Below are positions 30,183 to 40,743 of a stretch of 64,000 nt of DNA, piece after piece; the first letter of the stretch is position 1; each line of letters begins with the position of its first letter. The translations under genes and the position numbers were made by a program. The notes under the pieces were generated by a model that was given only the letters and a program-made list of their open reading frames with translations, searched no databases and had not been told where the DNA came from. The stretch is from Myxococcales bacterium (GTDB lineage: Bacteria; Myxococcota_A; Polyangia; Polyangiales; Polyangiaceae): contig JAYTOU010000046.1 in NCBI GenBank assembly GCA_043747615.1, forward strand, positions 52,186 to 116,185, given 5' to 3'.

Positions 30183-31958
30183 CTACGGAAACATCTCCCG
30201 CTCGACGAGTCCCGGGGCGATGGTGCCGTGCGAGAGGAGCTCGGTGTGAAAGCGCTTGAGCGAGTACTTCTCCTTTTCCTTCGTCTTATAGCGCTCGCGG
30301 AAGCGAAAGATCATTTCTCGTCCGACGATGTACGCGAGAGGCTGGGTCGGTGAGGCCGTGTAACGGCGGGCCTCGTTGAGCGCGAGGGTGCGCTCGAGGT
30401 GGACCTCGTCGGTGAGCATCTTCACGGCCTGATCGTAGGTCATTCCTCGCGTGTGAAGCGAAACGTCGAGGATCACGCGTGCGGCCCGAACCAGCGTCCA
30501 TTGCAGCTGCATGAGGCGCTCTTCGTCGGTGTAGTAGCCGAGCTCGGAGAGCACCTCCTCGGAGTAGAGCGCCCAGCCTTCCGAGAAGATCGCCGGACCG
30601 GTCGCCTTGCGAATGACCGAGGGATGCATGCGCGCAAACGAGAGCTGGAGGTGATGCCCCGGATAGGCTTCGTGGACCGCGGTGTTGACGAGGTCACCGT
30701 GGTCGTCCTCGCGGAGCATCTCCTCCTGTTTGGCCTTGGAGAGGTTGCGATCGACGGGAGTGACGAAGAAAAATCCTTGGGTGTTCTTGTCGAAGGGGGG
30801 CGGCGCGTCGTACGCGGCGGAGCCGATGGTGCTGCGCTGGAAGGTCGGCGTGTCCATCACCCGAAGATCGTCGCCCGCGGGAAACGCGATAGCGTCTTTG
30901 GCGATCAAGAAGGCCTTCGCGCGCGTTACCTCCTTGCGGTACGCCGCGAGGACGTCGTCGGCCGTCGGATGATTTTTCTTCAGCTTGCCAATCACCTCGC
31001 CCCAGCTCTTTGCCGTCGGGTCGATGCGCTTGGCGACGTCCGTCATTTGGGCGCTGGTGTCTGCGAAGATCTTTTTGCCGATGGCGAGAAGCGCGTCGGA
31101 GTCTTCGGCGAGGAAGTAGTCCTCGTGCACGAGGAACTCGAAATAGGCTTTCCCCGCCGCGAAATCGCCGCTGGAGCGCGGGAGCACCTCCTTCGTCAGA
31201 AACGCTTTGTAATCCGCGTAGGCGTCGGTCGCCGTTTTCAGCGCCGCGGCGACGCGGGCTTTGTCCGCTGGAAGCGCGGTCTCGAGCGGAGCACGCTGCT
31301 CGTCGAAAAACCCCTTAGCGCCGGCAGCCGACTCGATGGCGATCTGGGTCCACAGGCGCGGCGGGTTCTTCAGATTGGCCTTCGCCGCCGCGATCACCGT
31401 CGGGATCTTCTCGAGTCGCGCGAGCACGTTCTTTGCGCGCTCCCCGGCCGGCGCATAGTCGCGTGAGGTCATCATGAAGATGGCGGTCATCGGCGCGTTG
31501 TAGATGTCCGGCTGCGTCTCGTGCGGGCGGAGATCCCGCCGGGTGCGCACGTCGACCGCTAGGGTGTGCGTGAGAATGTCGAGATCGGTCTGGGCTGCGC
31601 GCGACGCGTGGGGGCTCGAGAATCGCGCTTTCAGACCGACGAGCATTTTCTCTTCGCTTGCGGTAGCAAGCTCGTAGCCATCGTGGCTTCGGTCTTCGAG
31701 CTCCGTGTCGCGGGTGTGCATTCCGAGAATCGTGGCCCGCTCGGGAAACATCGTGGCCTGGAGATCGACGTACGCCTGACACGCCTCGGCGATCGCCGCA
31801 TCGTCCGACGGAACCGCAGGGGCCGCGACCGGCGGCATCACCGTCGCAACGTGACTCGGTGCCGGGATCGGAGCGAGCGTCGGCGCGGACGGAGGCGGGC
31901 TGCCACCGCACGAGAGCATGAGCATCAACGGCGCGAGGACAACGTTACGAAGGCGCAT
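30183..31958 (-). CDS. DUF885 family lipoprotein (putative metallopeptidase)
   Basis: Lipobox MLS|CGG; HEAYPGHHLQ; FSEGWALYSE; PTQPLAY. Confidence 0.9.
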   Translation of the reverse strand: MRLRNVVLAPLMLMLSCGGSPPPSAPTLAPIPAPSHVATVMPPVAAPAVPSDDAAIAEACQAYVDLQATMFPERATILGMHTRDTELEDRSHDGYELATASEEKMLVGLKARFSSPHASRAAQTDLDILTHTLAVDVRTRRDLRPHETQPDIYNAPMTAIFMMTSRDYAPAGERAKNVLARLEKIPTVIAAAKANLKNPPRLWTQIAIESAAGAKGFFDEQRAPLETALPADKARVAAALKTATDAYADYKAFLTKEVLPRSSGDFAAGKAYFEFLVHEDYFLAEDSDALLAIGKKIFADTSAQMTDVAKRIDPTAKSWGEVIGKLKKNHPTADDVLAAYRKEVTRAKAFLIAKDAIAFPAGDDLRVMDTPTFQRSTIGSAAYDAPPPFDKNTQGFFFVTPVDRNLSKAKQEEMLREDDHGDLVNTAVHEAYPGHHLQLSFARMHPSVIRKATGPAIFSEGWALYSEEVLSELGYYTDEERLMQLQWTLVRAARVILDVSLHTRGMTYDQAVKMLTDEVHLERTLALNEARRYTASPTQPLAYIVGREMIFRFRERYKTKEKEKYSLKRFHTELLSHGTIAPGLVEREMFP

Positions 31959-31972
31959 GGATGCCTTTTACA

Positions 31973-32715
31973 CTACCAGCCGAGCAAACCCACCAGGACC
32001 CCTGCGTAGATCGATCGCGATTCTTTCACCTCGGTCGTGCCGGCGAGCGCATTGAGAATATTCACGTCTCCGCGAAAAACGCTGCCGTCTGCGCAGAGGG
32101 CAACGGTGTTCGCGACGTAGCCGCAGACGGAGCCGCGCACCACGTCGACCGGAGTGCCGGGTGCGCTCTGGGCCTCGATGCGCATCATGGTGACGTCCAC
32201 CCGACCGAAGCGCGAATGCGCAGCCGCGTAGCCTCCCCACTCGAAGCTCGCGCCGAGGGTTCGCGACGCCGAATCGCCCGTGTTGTAGCGCCCCGCGAGG
32301 ATCGGCCCGCCGCGGGCCGCGAGCTCGAAGACCGTGGGCCCGCTCACGTACTGGTAGCCGAGCTGCAACTGAGGGAGCTCCAGACGCGAGAAGTACAGCT
32401 TGCTGTTTCCCACGAGCTCGCCGCCGATTCCGATGCGTACGAACGGGCCTTGATGCGGCGCGATCACGGCCCGATAGCCGACCGCAAGATCTGCGCCGAG
32501 CCCACCTTCCACGGCCCCTGATCCACCACCAAGAGCGAAGAACGATGAGGTCCTCGCAGTCACGTCTTCCCAGGTCTCGTATTTTTCGGCGGTGCGTGCG
32601 AAGGCAAGACCGAGCGTGCTCCCGTCGGCGGGGGAGTGGAAGCATCGTCGGCATGGGCAGGCAGGGCGAAAAGCAGCGCCGCACATCCCAGCTAACAGAG
32701 CAGACCGCTTCGCAT
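31973..32715 (-). pseudogene. Exported, probably beta-barrel protein gene interrupted by an in-frame TAG and a 1-nt frameshift (pseudogene or sequencing error)
   Basis: ATG 32715 reads MRSGLLC*LGCAALLFALPAHA|DDASTP. Adding one base to the homopolymer at 32630-32634 joins this to the ORF body, which has amphipathic strands and ends ..YAGVLVGLLGW. Confidence 0.7.
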
Positions 32716-32741
32716 GGTGTGAGCTTACCTTGGCGCTCGAC

Positions 32742-35006
32742 TCAGGTCTTGCGCGGGGGCGGCCTTTCGGTTCCCCGCTCGTTGTAGGGGCGCGGAGGCA
32801 TAACGGCGGAGTACATCACCGGCCAGGGCAGCTCGAAATATCCCTGCTCCTCAGCTGCGAAAAGCGTCCAGTTCGGGTTCTTCAGATGGGGCCGCGCGAG
32901 CACGCAGAGATCGGCCCGCCGCGCCGCCAGGATGGTGTTCACTTGGTCCGCGGTGCTGATGTTGCCGACCGTCATAGTGGGGATGCCCGCTTCGTTGCGA
33001 ACCTGATCGCTGAAGGGAGTCTGGTACATCCGACCGTACACGGGCTTGGCTTCCCTCGTGGTCTGGCCGGCAGAGACGTCGATGATGTCGCATCCACGCT
33101 CCTTCAGCGCGCGCGCGACGACGACCGCGTCTTCGCAGACGAAGCCGCCGGGCACCCAGTCCGTGGCCGAGATTCGCACGCTCATCGGCCGCTCTTTTGG
33201 CCACGCCTCGCGCATCGCGGTGAAGACCTCGAGCGGGTAGCGCATGCGATTTTCGAGGGAGCCTCCGTACGCGTCGGTGCGGACGTTGGTGAGCGGCGAC
33301 AGAAAGGTGGCGAGGAGATAGCCGTGCGCCATGTGGATCTCGATCATGTCGAAGCCCGCTTCGTCCGCCATGTGCACGGCGCGCACGAAGTCTGCCTTCA
33401 CGCGATCCATGTCGTCGCGGTTCATCTCGCGCGGCACCTGATTTTTAGGACCGTAGGCGATAGGCGACGCGCCGAGGAGAGGCCAGCTTCCCTCGCCGAG
33501 TGGTTCGCCCCCGAGCCAGGGGACGTTGGTCGCGCCCTTGCGGCCTGCGTGGCCGAGCTGGAGAGAAATCGCCGCGCGCGAGCGGGCGTGCACGAAGTCG
33601 ACGATGCGTCGCCAGGCAACGACGTGCTCCGGCTCGTACATCCCGGCGCATCCGGGGGAGATCCGTCCATCGCGCGAGACGTCGGTCATTTCGGTGGCGA
33701 CGAGGCCCGCTCCGCCCATCGCCCGCGCGCCGAGGTGCACCAGATGGAAGTCGTTCACGAGACCGTTCTCCGCCGAGTACATGCACATGGACGAGACGAC
33801 GACGCGATTCATGAGCGTCATCCCGCGCAGGCGAAAGGGGGTGAACATCGGTGGCGTGTCGAGCGGAGTGCCAGGACACTGCGCTGCAAATTCTCGGGTC
33901 ACCTCGGCGCCGAACGCGGGATCGCGCAGCTTGAGGTTTTGGTAACCGATTTTTTTGCTGCGCGAGACGAGGCTGAACGCGAAAGGGATCGGCTCGAAGC
34001 GGGCGTAGCGCTTTGCGTTTTCGAACCACACCAGGCTGTCTTGGGCCGCTTTCTGGATCCGTTCGACCACCGGCCTGCGCTCGATCTCGTAGGCCTCGAT
34101 CGCTGCGATCGGATTTTTGTGACGTTCGCACGCGGCGGCGAGACCGATGGCGTCTTCCATCGCCAGCTTGGTTCCCGAGCCGATCGAAAAATGCGCCGTG
34201 TGCGCGGCGTCTCCCAAGAGGACGATGTTGTCCTTGCGCCAGCACGCGTTTTTCACGGTGGCGAAGTTGATCCAGCTCGCGTTGTTGGAGAGGAGCTTTT
34301 CGCCCCCAAGGTGAGAGGCAAAGAGCTTCTCAAGGTAGGCGAGCGTCTCCTCGGGGCTTGCGCTCGCGAGCCCTGCGCGCCGCCACGACTCTTCGTCGCA
34401 CTCCACGATGAAGGTGCTCGTCTCGGGATCGAAGCGGTAGGCGTGCACCTGGAAGAGGCCGTGCGCGTTCTCCTCGAAGATGAACGTGAAGGCGTCGAAC
34501 AATTTTCGTGTGCCGAGCCAAATGTATTTCGAATGCCGGACGTCGAGCGACGGGCGAAAGGTGTCTGCGAACATGCGCCGTATCTTGCTGTTGACGCCGT
34601 CGGCCGCGACGATGAGATCGGCATCCGCGTAGGCGGAGATGTCGTCGACCTCCGTGCGGAACACGACTTTCACTCCCAGGCTCGCGCATCGCTTCTGCAG
34701 AATCTGAAGAAGCGAGCGCCTGGAAATTCCCGAAAAGCCGTGGCCACCGGAGCGAACCACCTGCCCGCGGTACTTCACGTCGATCGCATCCCAGTGCGCA
34801 AAGGTGCGGGTGATCTCTTCGTGCGTCTCGCGATCGTTCTCTTCGAGGTAGCCGAGCGTCTCGTCGGAGAAGACCACGCCCCATCCGAAGGTTTCTCCGG
34901 GCGCGTTCCGCTCGACGACGGTGATGTCGTGGGTGGGATCGAGCTTCTTCATGAGCAGACCGAAGTAGAGACCGGCCGGCCCGCCGCCAAGGCACACGAT
35001 GCGCAT
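32742..35006 (-). CDS. Bifunctional salicylyl-CoA 5-hydroxylase / anthraniloyl-CoA monooxygenase-reductase family protein
   Basis: N-terminal FAD motif [46 protein letters not shown]-terminal OYE-type barrel ([22 protein letters not shown]). Confidence 0.92.
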   Translation of the reverse strand: MRIVCLGGGPAGLYFGLLMKKLDPTHDITVVERNAPGETFGWGVVFSDETLGYLEENDRETHEEITRTFAHWDAIDVKYRGQVVRSGGHGFSGISRRSLLQILQKRCASLGVKVVFRTEVDDISAYADADLIVAADGVNSKIRRMFADTFRPSLDVRHSKYIWLGTRKLFDAFTFIFEENAHGLFQVHAYRFDPETSTFIVECDEESWRRAGLASASPEETLAYLEKLFASHLGGEKLLSNNASWINFATVKNACWRKDNIVLLGDAAHTAHFSIGSGTKLAMEDAIGLAAACERHKNPIAAIEAYEIERRPVVERIQKAAQDSLVWFENAKRYARFEPIPFAFSLVSRSKKIGYQNLKLRDPAFGAEVTREFAAQCPGTPLDTPPMFTPFRLRGMTLMNRVVVSSMCMYSAENGLVNDFHLVHLGARAMGGAGLVATEMTDVSRDGRISPGCAGMYEPEHVVAWRRIVDFVHARSRAAISLQLGHAGRKGATNVPWLGGEPLGEGSWPLLGASPIAYGPKNQVPREMNRDDMDRVKADFVRAVHMADEAGFDMIEIHMAHGYLLATFLSPLTNVRTDAYGGSLENRMRYPLEVFTAMREAWPKERPMSVRISATDWVPGGFVCEDAVVVARALKERGCDIIDVSAGQTTREAKPVYGRMYQTPFSDQVRNEAGIPTMTVGNISTADQVNTILAARRADLCVLARPHLKNPNWTLFAAEEQGYFELPWPVMYSAVMPPRPYNERGTERPPPRKT

Positions 35007-35029
35007 AGCGCGCACTTTACGGCATCAGG

Positions 35030-36010
35030 TCAAAAGGATCCGCTGAACAGAGCGATTGATGGAAGCGCGGGGAGCGCGGGGCCACGGTTGTTCTTCGCCT
35101 CGTCGCCCCAGACGGCCCGCGTGGGCGCGGCGGCTTGGGCCCGGGACGGCAGTCCCGGCTGCTGCGTTTCCTTGGTGCGCGCGTTACCGCCGATCAAGAG
35201 GATGCCCGGGATGAGGCCCGCCAGACCAATGCCGCTCATGACCACGCCGGCAACTTCGATCCCCCTTCCCTGACTCGAGTACGTGTGCCCTGCTTCGACC
35301 GATGCGCCGACGGCAACGACCAGAAGCCCGATGAGGAGAATCGGTCCGCCGATCGCCGTGAGGGCGATGCCTCCGCCGAGGCCGCCGCTGCTCCCTGCTT
35401 CCACGGTGAGGATGATGTGATCGCCCGCCTTTCCCTCGAGGAGGAACGGCTTGGAGTTTGTTTTTCCGGAGCCCGTCAGGCGGTACGTACTGTCCAAGGG
35501 GAGAGACTTGTCGCAGGGTGACGAGCACACCACGGTCCATCCGCGGTTCGCGTCGTTGCGCTGCTCGAGGTTCACTGCGTCGCCTTCCATGTGGACCATC
35601 GCCGACGGGCCGCTCGAGGCCTGCGCCAAAGCTACGGGCGCTGGACCGCTCGGGACGATGATCGTCGAGCTCGCCGCCGCTGCCCTCTCGACGCGCATGA
35701 TGACGCCCCACTGCACGGTCGCGGTCTGTCCGGTAGGTAGTTGTAGAGCGCAATGATCGCCCGGAAGGAGCTCGACGAGGGTGCCTCTGAGAACGCTCCC
35801 GTCCTTGAGGAAAATCGCATCACCCGCCGTCCCCGGATTGCTCGTCGCCATGATGATGGGAGCAGACGCAGGCGGTTGCTCGGGAGCTTGCGCGGGGAGA
35901 GGAGCGCTCGGCGCGGGTTTTGCGCCCGGCCCTTTGGCGAATGCGGGAACGGAGATGACCTGGAGCGCGGCGAGGAACGCAGCGCCAAAAGAAGTGGAGA
36001 GCTTGCGCAC
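35030..36010 (-). CDS. Exported hypothetical protein with PEGA-like domain and C-terminal Gly-rich hydrophobic hairpin
   Basis: Signal ..VPAFA|KG; small beta domain DAIFLKDGSVLRG; CSSPC domain; two Gly-rich helices; C-terminus ..LFSGSF. Confidence 0.7.
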   Translation of the reverse strand: MRKLSTSFGAAFLAALQVISVPAFAKGPGAKPAPSAPLPAQAPEQPPASAPIIMATSNPGTAGDAIFLKDGSVLRGTLVELLPGDHCALQLPTGQTATVQWGVIMRVERAAAASSTIIVPSGPAPVALAQASSGPSAMVHMEGDAVNLEQRNDANRGWTVVCSSPCDKSLPLDSTYRLTGSGKTNSKPFLLEGKAGDHIILTVEAGSSGGLGGGIALTAIGGPILLIGLLVVAVGASVEAGHTYSSQGRGIEVAGVVMSGIGLAGLIPGILLIGGNARTKETQQPGLPSRAQAAAPTRAVWGDEAKNNRGPALPALPSIALFSGSF

Positions 36011-36187
36011 GGCGCGAGGATGAGCAACCTGCGTGCCGCGACCAGTCCCCGCGAAACCCCTTATTTCGAGGAAGCAAGCCCGGCGTGAAGCCGAGCGTTT
36101 ACACCCCCGGGGCCAGACCGTTCACGTTGGGGCCGCGGGAAAATTGAGCCGTGCACAAGCGCGCGCGGCTATCCTTCGCACGTAAAG

Positions 36188-38941
36188 ATGCGCACCCTCG
36201 TCGACATCCGTTCCGGTGAGCGCGCCGCGACGCTGAGCGCGTTCTTCACTCTGTTCGGAATCACGGCCGCCCACACGCTCCTCGAGACGGCGCGCGACGC
36301 GCTCTTCTTGGCGCGCATTCCTGTGTCGAGGCTCCCCTTCGTCTCGATCGCGCTTGCCGCGATTGGCCTGCTGCTCCTCACGAAAAAACCGAAGTCGGGT
36401 GAGGTCACCAACAGACACGTCGTCGCGCAAGCTCTGGTGATCGCGGCGCTGGTGACGGGGACGTTTTGGGGGCTCAGCTCGTGGAAGCATCCTGCGCTCC
36501 TCTACGCGCTCTACTTGTGGTCCGGCCTCTTTGCGTCATGGGTCGTCCTTCGGTTCTGGCTCGTGCTCGGGGGAACGTTCAACGTCACGCAGGCGAAGCG
36601 ACTCTACGGCTTCATCGGCGCTGGAAGCGTGCTCGGCGCTGTGTTCGGGGCAGGCACTGCGCGGGCGCTCGCGGCGATGCTTCCGGCTCGCCACCTCCTC
36701 CTCGGGTCGTCCGCGCTCCTCCTTCTCACCGTGGCGCCGAGCATCCTCCTGGCCCAGCAGACGAACGACAGCGCACCCGCGGAGGGCGGCGCGCGGTCCC
36801 CACAGGCCGCACCTGAAATGGCCTCGGTCCGCGACGATTTACGCATCGTACGCGACAGTCCGTTCATCACCCGCATCTTGTGGCTTGTTCTTCTGTCGAC
36901 GGTGACCGTCACCTTCGTCGACTACATCTTCAAGAGCGCGGTCACGAGGTTCGTCCCGACCGACCAGCTCGGCGCGTACTTCGCGAGCGTCGCTGTGGTC
37001 ACCAACGCGATCGCACTCTTTGCTCAGCTCTTCGCGGTAGGCTGGATTCTCCGCACCTTCGGAGTGCACCGTGCCCTGTGGGTCATGCCCGTGTTGCTCT
37101 TCTTCGGAGCAGGAGGCGTCATCTTCGGCGGCGGTCTCGCTGCAGCGCTCCTCCTCAAAGGCGTCGACGGTTCGCTCCGCTACTCCGTTCATCGCACGAG
37201 CACCGAGCTTCTCTACCTACCGATTTCGGATCGCGCACGCTCACGGGTCAAGCCGTTCATCGATCTCGTCGGCCAGCGCGGCGGTCAAGCGGCAGCGTCG
37301 ATCGCCATCCTCGCCTTCGTCGGCGTGGGCTTCGGCCATCGCAGCCTCGCGCTCGTGGCTGCATTGCTCGCTCTCGGCTGGGTCGTCGTGGCCGCGGGTA
37401 TCAAGCGCCACTACCTCGAGCTCTTCCGAGCGACGCTCCGCGATGGCCGCGTCGACTACCACGGAGAGCTTCCCACGCTCGACCTCGGCGCTCTCGAAGC
37501 CCTCTTTGCGGCCCTGAGCAGCAGCAAAGACGTCGAGGTCCTCGCCGCGCTCGATCTGCTCGAGGCTCAGGATCGCCAGCGGCTCATCCCGCCCCTCATC
37601 CTCTACCATCCGTCGCGCGACGTCGTTCTCAAGGCTTTCGATCTCTTCGTGCGGCAAGGGCGAACGGATTTCGTGGCCATCGCCGATCGCCTCGACGGAC
37701 ACGCCGACGTGCAGATCCGCGCCGCCGCGCTCCGCGCCCGATCGGTGGTGGTGCCCGACGAAGAGCTCCTGCGCGCGCACCTCGATGATCCATCGCCAGA
37801 GGTTCGAACGACGGCGTACGTGAGCATGGTCTGGCGTGGATGGCTGTCTCCCGAAGAGCGAGAGGCCATCAGGCTCGTCGAGGAAAACCTCACTCCGGCT
37901 GCGAAGATTGCGCTTGTGCGGGCTATCCGCGAAGAGCCGTCGCCCGTCTTTCATGAGGCCCTGATGCGCCACGCTCAGAGCGGCGATCCGGAGCTCGAGA
38001 GCGAAGTCGCACTAGCGATGGGACGGATCGGTAGCCCCGAATTTTTCCCGGTGCTCTTCCGGATGCTCGAGCATCGCTACCAGGGAGCGGCGGCGCGAGA
38101 GGCCTTCGTCACTGCCGGTCCGAGTGGTCTCGATTTTTTGGATGAGCTGCTGAGTGACACCAAGGTGAAGAGCATCGACCGTGCCGGCATTCCGAGGGCC
38201 ATCGGCATGTTCGAGCCGTGGCGAGCGGCTCCTGTGCTCATGAAGCACCTCAAAAACGAGAGGGACGGCACCGTCCGATTCCGCATCTTGCGCGCTTTGT
38301 CGAAGGTCCGCGCCACCGATCCGACGCTCAAGCTCGACACGAAGGTGCTCGTCGCGATGACCGAAGACACGCTCAAAAACTGCTTCCGCCTGATCGAGTG
38401 GGGGCTGGCCATCCATCGTTTCGTCCTCCAGAGCCCGTCGCGCAACACGCCTGCGCTCCAACTCATTTCCACGCTTCTTCGCGACAAAGAGAGCCACGCC
38501 ATAGGCCGAATTTTTCTCCTTCTCGGGCTCATTCATCCTGGCGAAAATTTCGAGCGCATCTACCGCGGGCTCCAGCACAAGAATGCCAAGGCGCGCGCGA
38601 GCAGCCGTGAGCTCATCGAAAATCTGATCCGTGCGCCGCTTCGGAGCCCGCTCCTCGCGCTCGTCGACGACCTTTCGGGTGCCGCACGGCTGGCGGCGGC
38701 GGCGCCGTTCTACACGCCCGCGCATCTGGAGTACGAGAGCCTCGTGCAGGCCCTGGTGTCGCAGACCGACGAGAACCTTCACAGCCTCGCGAAGTACTAC
38801 GCGATCGAGTCTGGGATGAAGCTCGCGGACGAGACCGCCGCGCACGCATCGAGCACCTTCAGCGTCGCCGTCACTGCGCGCACACGAGAACTCGCCGAGG
38901 GCGCTGCGTCTCGTAAACCGATAACCCTGGCTCCGGCATGA
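36188..38941 (+). CDS. NTT/Npt-like (MFS fold) transporter fused to HEAT repeats
   Basis: LLETARDALFL, QAKRLYGFIGAG, LRYSVHRTSTELLYLPI..VKPFID; about 12 TM then HEAT-like repeats (LDDPSPEVR). Confidence 0.82.
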   Translation: MRTLVDIRSGERAATLSAFFTLFGITAAHTLLETARDALFLARIPVSRLPFVSIALAAIGLLLLTKKPKSGEVTNRHVVAQALVIAALVTGTFWGLSSWKHPALLYALYLWSGLFASWVVLRFWLVLGGTFNVTQAKRLYGFIGAGSVLGAVFGAGTARALAAMLPARHLLLGSSALLLLTVAPSILLAQQTNDSAPAEGGARSPQAAPEMASVRDDLRIVRDSPFITRILWLVLLSTVTVTFVDYIFKSAVTRFVPTDQLGAYFASVAVVTNAIALFAQLFAVGWILRTFGVHRALWVMPVLLFFGAGGVIFGGGLAAALLLKGVDGSLRYSVHRTSTELLYLPISDRARSRVKPFIDLVGQRGGQAAASIAILAFVGVGFGHRSLALVAALLALGWVVVAAGIKRHYLELFRATLRDGRVDYHGELPTLDLGALEALFAALSSSKDVEVLAALDLLEAQDRQRLIPPLILYHPSRDVVLKAFDLFVRQGRTDFVAIADRLDGHADVQIRAAALRARSVVVPDEELLRAHLDDPSPEVRTTAYVSMVWRGWLSPEEREAIRLVEENLTPAAKIALVRAIREEPSPVFHEALMRHAQSGDPELESEVALAMGRIGSPEFFPVLFRMLEHRYQGAAAREAFVTAGPSGLDFLDELLSDTKVKSIDRAGIPRAIGMFEPWRAAPVLMKHLKNERDGTVRFRILRALSKVRATDPTLKLDTKVLVAMTEDTLKNCFRLIEWGLAIHRFVLQSPSRNTPALQLISTLLRDKESHAIGRIFLLLGLIHPGENFERIYRGLQHKNAKARASSRELIENLIRAPLRSPLLALVDDLSGAARLAAAAPFYTPAHLEYESLVQALVSQTDENLHSLAKYYAIESGMKLADETAAHASSTFSVAVTARTRELAEGAASRKPITLAPA

Positions 38942-39918
38942 GAGACGATCCCCCGAAAATTCCGATGACCGAGCGCAGCCTTCACCTGCGCGCCATTCCT
39001 GTCGGCACGCTCTTGCCGCCGCCGGTGCTCGCCATCATCGCCACCCATCTGAAGGAGCACGCTTACGAAAAGGGTGACGTCCTCTTGCGGCACGGCGAGA
39101 TGGTCGGCGGTCTGCACCTCTTGGTGAAAGGCTCTCTCAGACTGTCGGCGAAGGGAAAAGAGCTGGTCGTGATGACCCCTCCGCAGAGCTTCGGTTTTCT
39201 CGGGATCCTCGCGCGCAGCGAGTCGATCTACGACGTGGATTTCCCGGAGGGCGCCGTCACGTTGGAGCTCGACGCGGACACGCTCCACGAGCTGCTCGAA
39301 GATCACTTCCCGCTGCTCTACGCCACGCTCAACTACCTTGCGGAGCGCTTGCTCCACGAGCTCGTGGAGCTCCCGGCCGAAGCCCTCGCCATCCCCATGG
39401 GTCCGGAGGTCGACATTCCGGAGCACGAGCTCGACTTCATCGAGCGCATCTTTTTCCTGCGCAAAATGGGCGCTTTTTCGACGGCTAACCTGAACGCGCT
39501 CGCCGTGATGTCCTCGAACCTCGTCGAGATGCGCCTGCCGGCAGGCACGGTTCTATGGAAGGAAGGTACGCCTTCTGACCACGTGATCATGGTCGTCTCG
39601 GGCAAGCTTCGCTGCACGACGGACAGCGGCAAAGTATTTCTTTACGGCGCCAACACCGTCATCGGTGGAATCGAAGCACTCGCCGGAAGGCCCCACTGGT
39701 ACACCCTCGTCGCCGACACGCCCGTCCTATGCTTCAAAGGGGTCCAAGAAGTATTTCTGGATCTCATGGAGGAAAATTTTTCGATGGCCTCCGACTTCAT
39801 GGGGTTCCTCGCCCAGCGCTTGCTGCAGCTCTACAGCCGCAAGGCCGATCAGGGGCTGAGCACCGTCAACGTGCCGCGCGAGATGCCGAAGCTGGGTCGC
39901 GTGGCGATGGGCGCGTAA
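38938..39918 (+). CDS. Tandem cyclic-nucleotide-binding-fold protein
   Basis: Two cNMP-like domains (YEKGDVLLRHGE..LHLLVKGSL and LPAGTVLWKEG..VIMVVSGKL). ATGA overlap with the transporter. Confidence 0.82.
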   Translation: MRDDPPKIPMTERSLHLRAIPVGTLLPPPVLAIIATHLKEHAYEKGDVLLRHGEMVGGLHLLVKGSLRLSAKGKELVVMTPPQSFGFLGILARSESIYDVDFPEGAVTLELDADTLHELLEDHFPLLYATLNYLAERLLHELVELPAEALAIPMGPEVDIPEHELDFIERIFFLRKMGAFSTANLNALAVMSSNLVEMRLPAGTVLWKEGTPSDHVIMVVSGKLRCTTDSGKVFLYGANTVIGGIEALAGRPHWYTLVADTPVLCFKGVQEVFLDLMEENFSMASDFMGFLAQRLLQLYSRKADQGLSTVNVPREMPKLGRVAMGA

Positions 39919-39939
39919 CGGTTCGTGCGGCCGCTCGCG

Positions 39940-40743
39940 TCACGTGATGGCGACGACCTCGCCTGCGCTCCACTTACGCAGCGTGCCGTCGTCCCCGCGC
40001 ACACAGAGTCGGCCTTCGAGATCGATTCCTTCCGCGAAGCCCTCGCCCTGCTCGCCGCGGACCCGTGAGCCGCGGAGCGCATCGGCCTCGCTGAGCCGCG
40101 CGTGCACGGTTCCGATCCCGCGCATGGCAGCGACCGGTAGATCGCGATCGAGGCCGGAGAGAAGGTCCGCCAAGAGCTCCGCGCGGTCGGGCACGCTCGT
40201 GGACTCGAGAGCAATCGAGGTAGCGCGGGCAGCGATTTCTTCGGGGAAGGATCGCGCGTGCACGTTGATGCCGACGCCCACCACGATCGACTCGACGTTC
40301 GTTCCAGCGAGCTGCGCCTCGACGAGAACGCCCGCGACTTTTTTCTTTCCAATGAGGACGTCGTTCGGCCACTTCAACGTGACGTGCGCGGCCGTCGACT
40401 GCACGGCTTTCGCGACGGCGTCCCGCGCGGCGAGACCAGCCACTAGAGCGAGCGGCGGGAGGCGTGCCGGCGGGCAGCGAATCCGCAAGAGCACCGACAC
40501 GAGGAGGCTCTCACCGCGCGCAGCGAGCCACACGCGACCTTGCCGCCCACGGCCCGCTGACTGAGACTCCGCCACCCAGACCGCGCCATGAGGTGCGCCC
40601 GCCTTCGCGCCTGCTTTCGCTTGGTCGTTGGTCGACGTCGTCTCTTCCAGCCAGAAATAAGGCTTTCCGAGCTCTCCACCGCGCGCGGCGAGGAGCTCGG
40701 GCGCGCGCGCGAGATCAGGTGCGCAGCGAGACGTGAGAAGCAT
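39940..40743 (-). CDS. birA: Biotin--[acetyl-CoA carboxylase] ligase (no N-terminal HTH evident)
   Basis: TTSTN, AESQSAGRGRQGRVW, LKWPNDV, KKVAGVL, VGVGIN. Confidence 0.95.
   Translation of the reverse strand: MLLTSRCAPDLARAPELLAARGGELGKPYFWLEETTSTNDQAKAGAKAGAPHGAVWVAESQSAGRGRQGRVWLAARGESLLVSVLLRIRCPPARLPPLALVAGLAARDAVAKAVQSTAAHVTLKWPNDVLIGKKKVAGVLVEAQLAGTNVESIVVGVGINVHARSFPEEIAARATSIALESTSVPDRAELLADLLSGLDRDLPVAAMRGIGTVHARLSEADALRGSRVRGEQGEGFAEGIDLEGRLCVRGDDGTLRKWSAGEVVAIT

Noticed and set aside
28303..30249. 648-aa plus-strand ORF
   Set aside because: Antisense shadow of proS.
32692..32694. In-frame TAG as possible pyrrolysine or readthrough recoding
   Set aside because: It lies within a signal peptide, is accompanied by a frameshift, TAG terminates other genes here, and no pyl genes are present.
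32592..35273. 893-aa plus-strand ORF
   Set aside because: Antisense shadow of the monooxygenase gene. High-GC codon bias suppresses antisense stops, and no motifs are recognisable.
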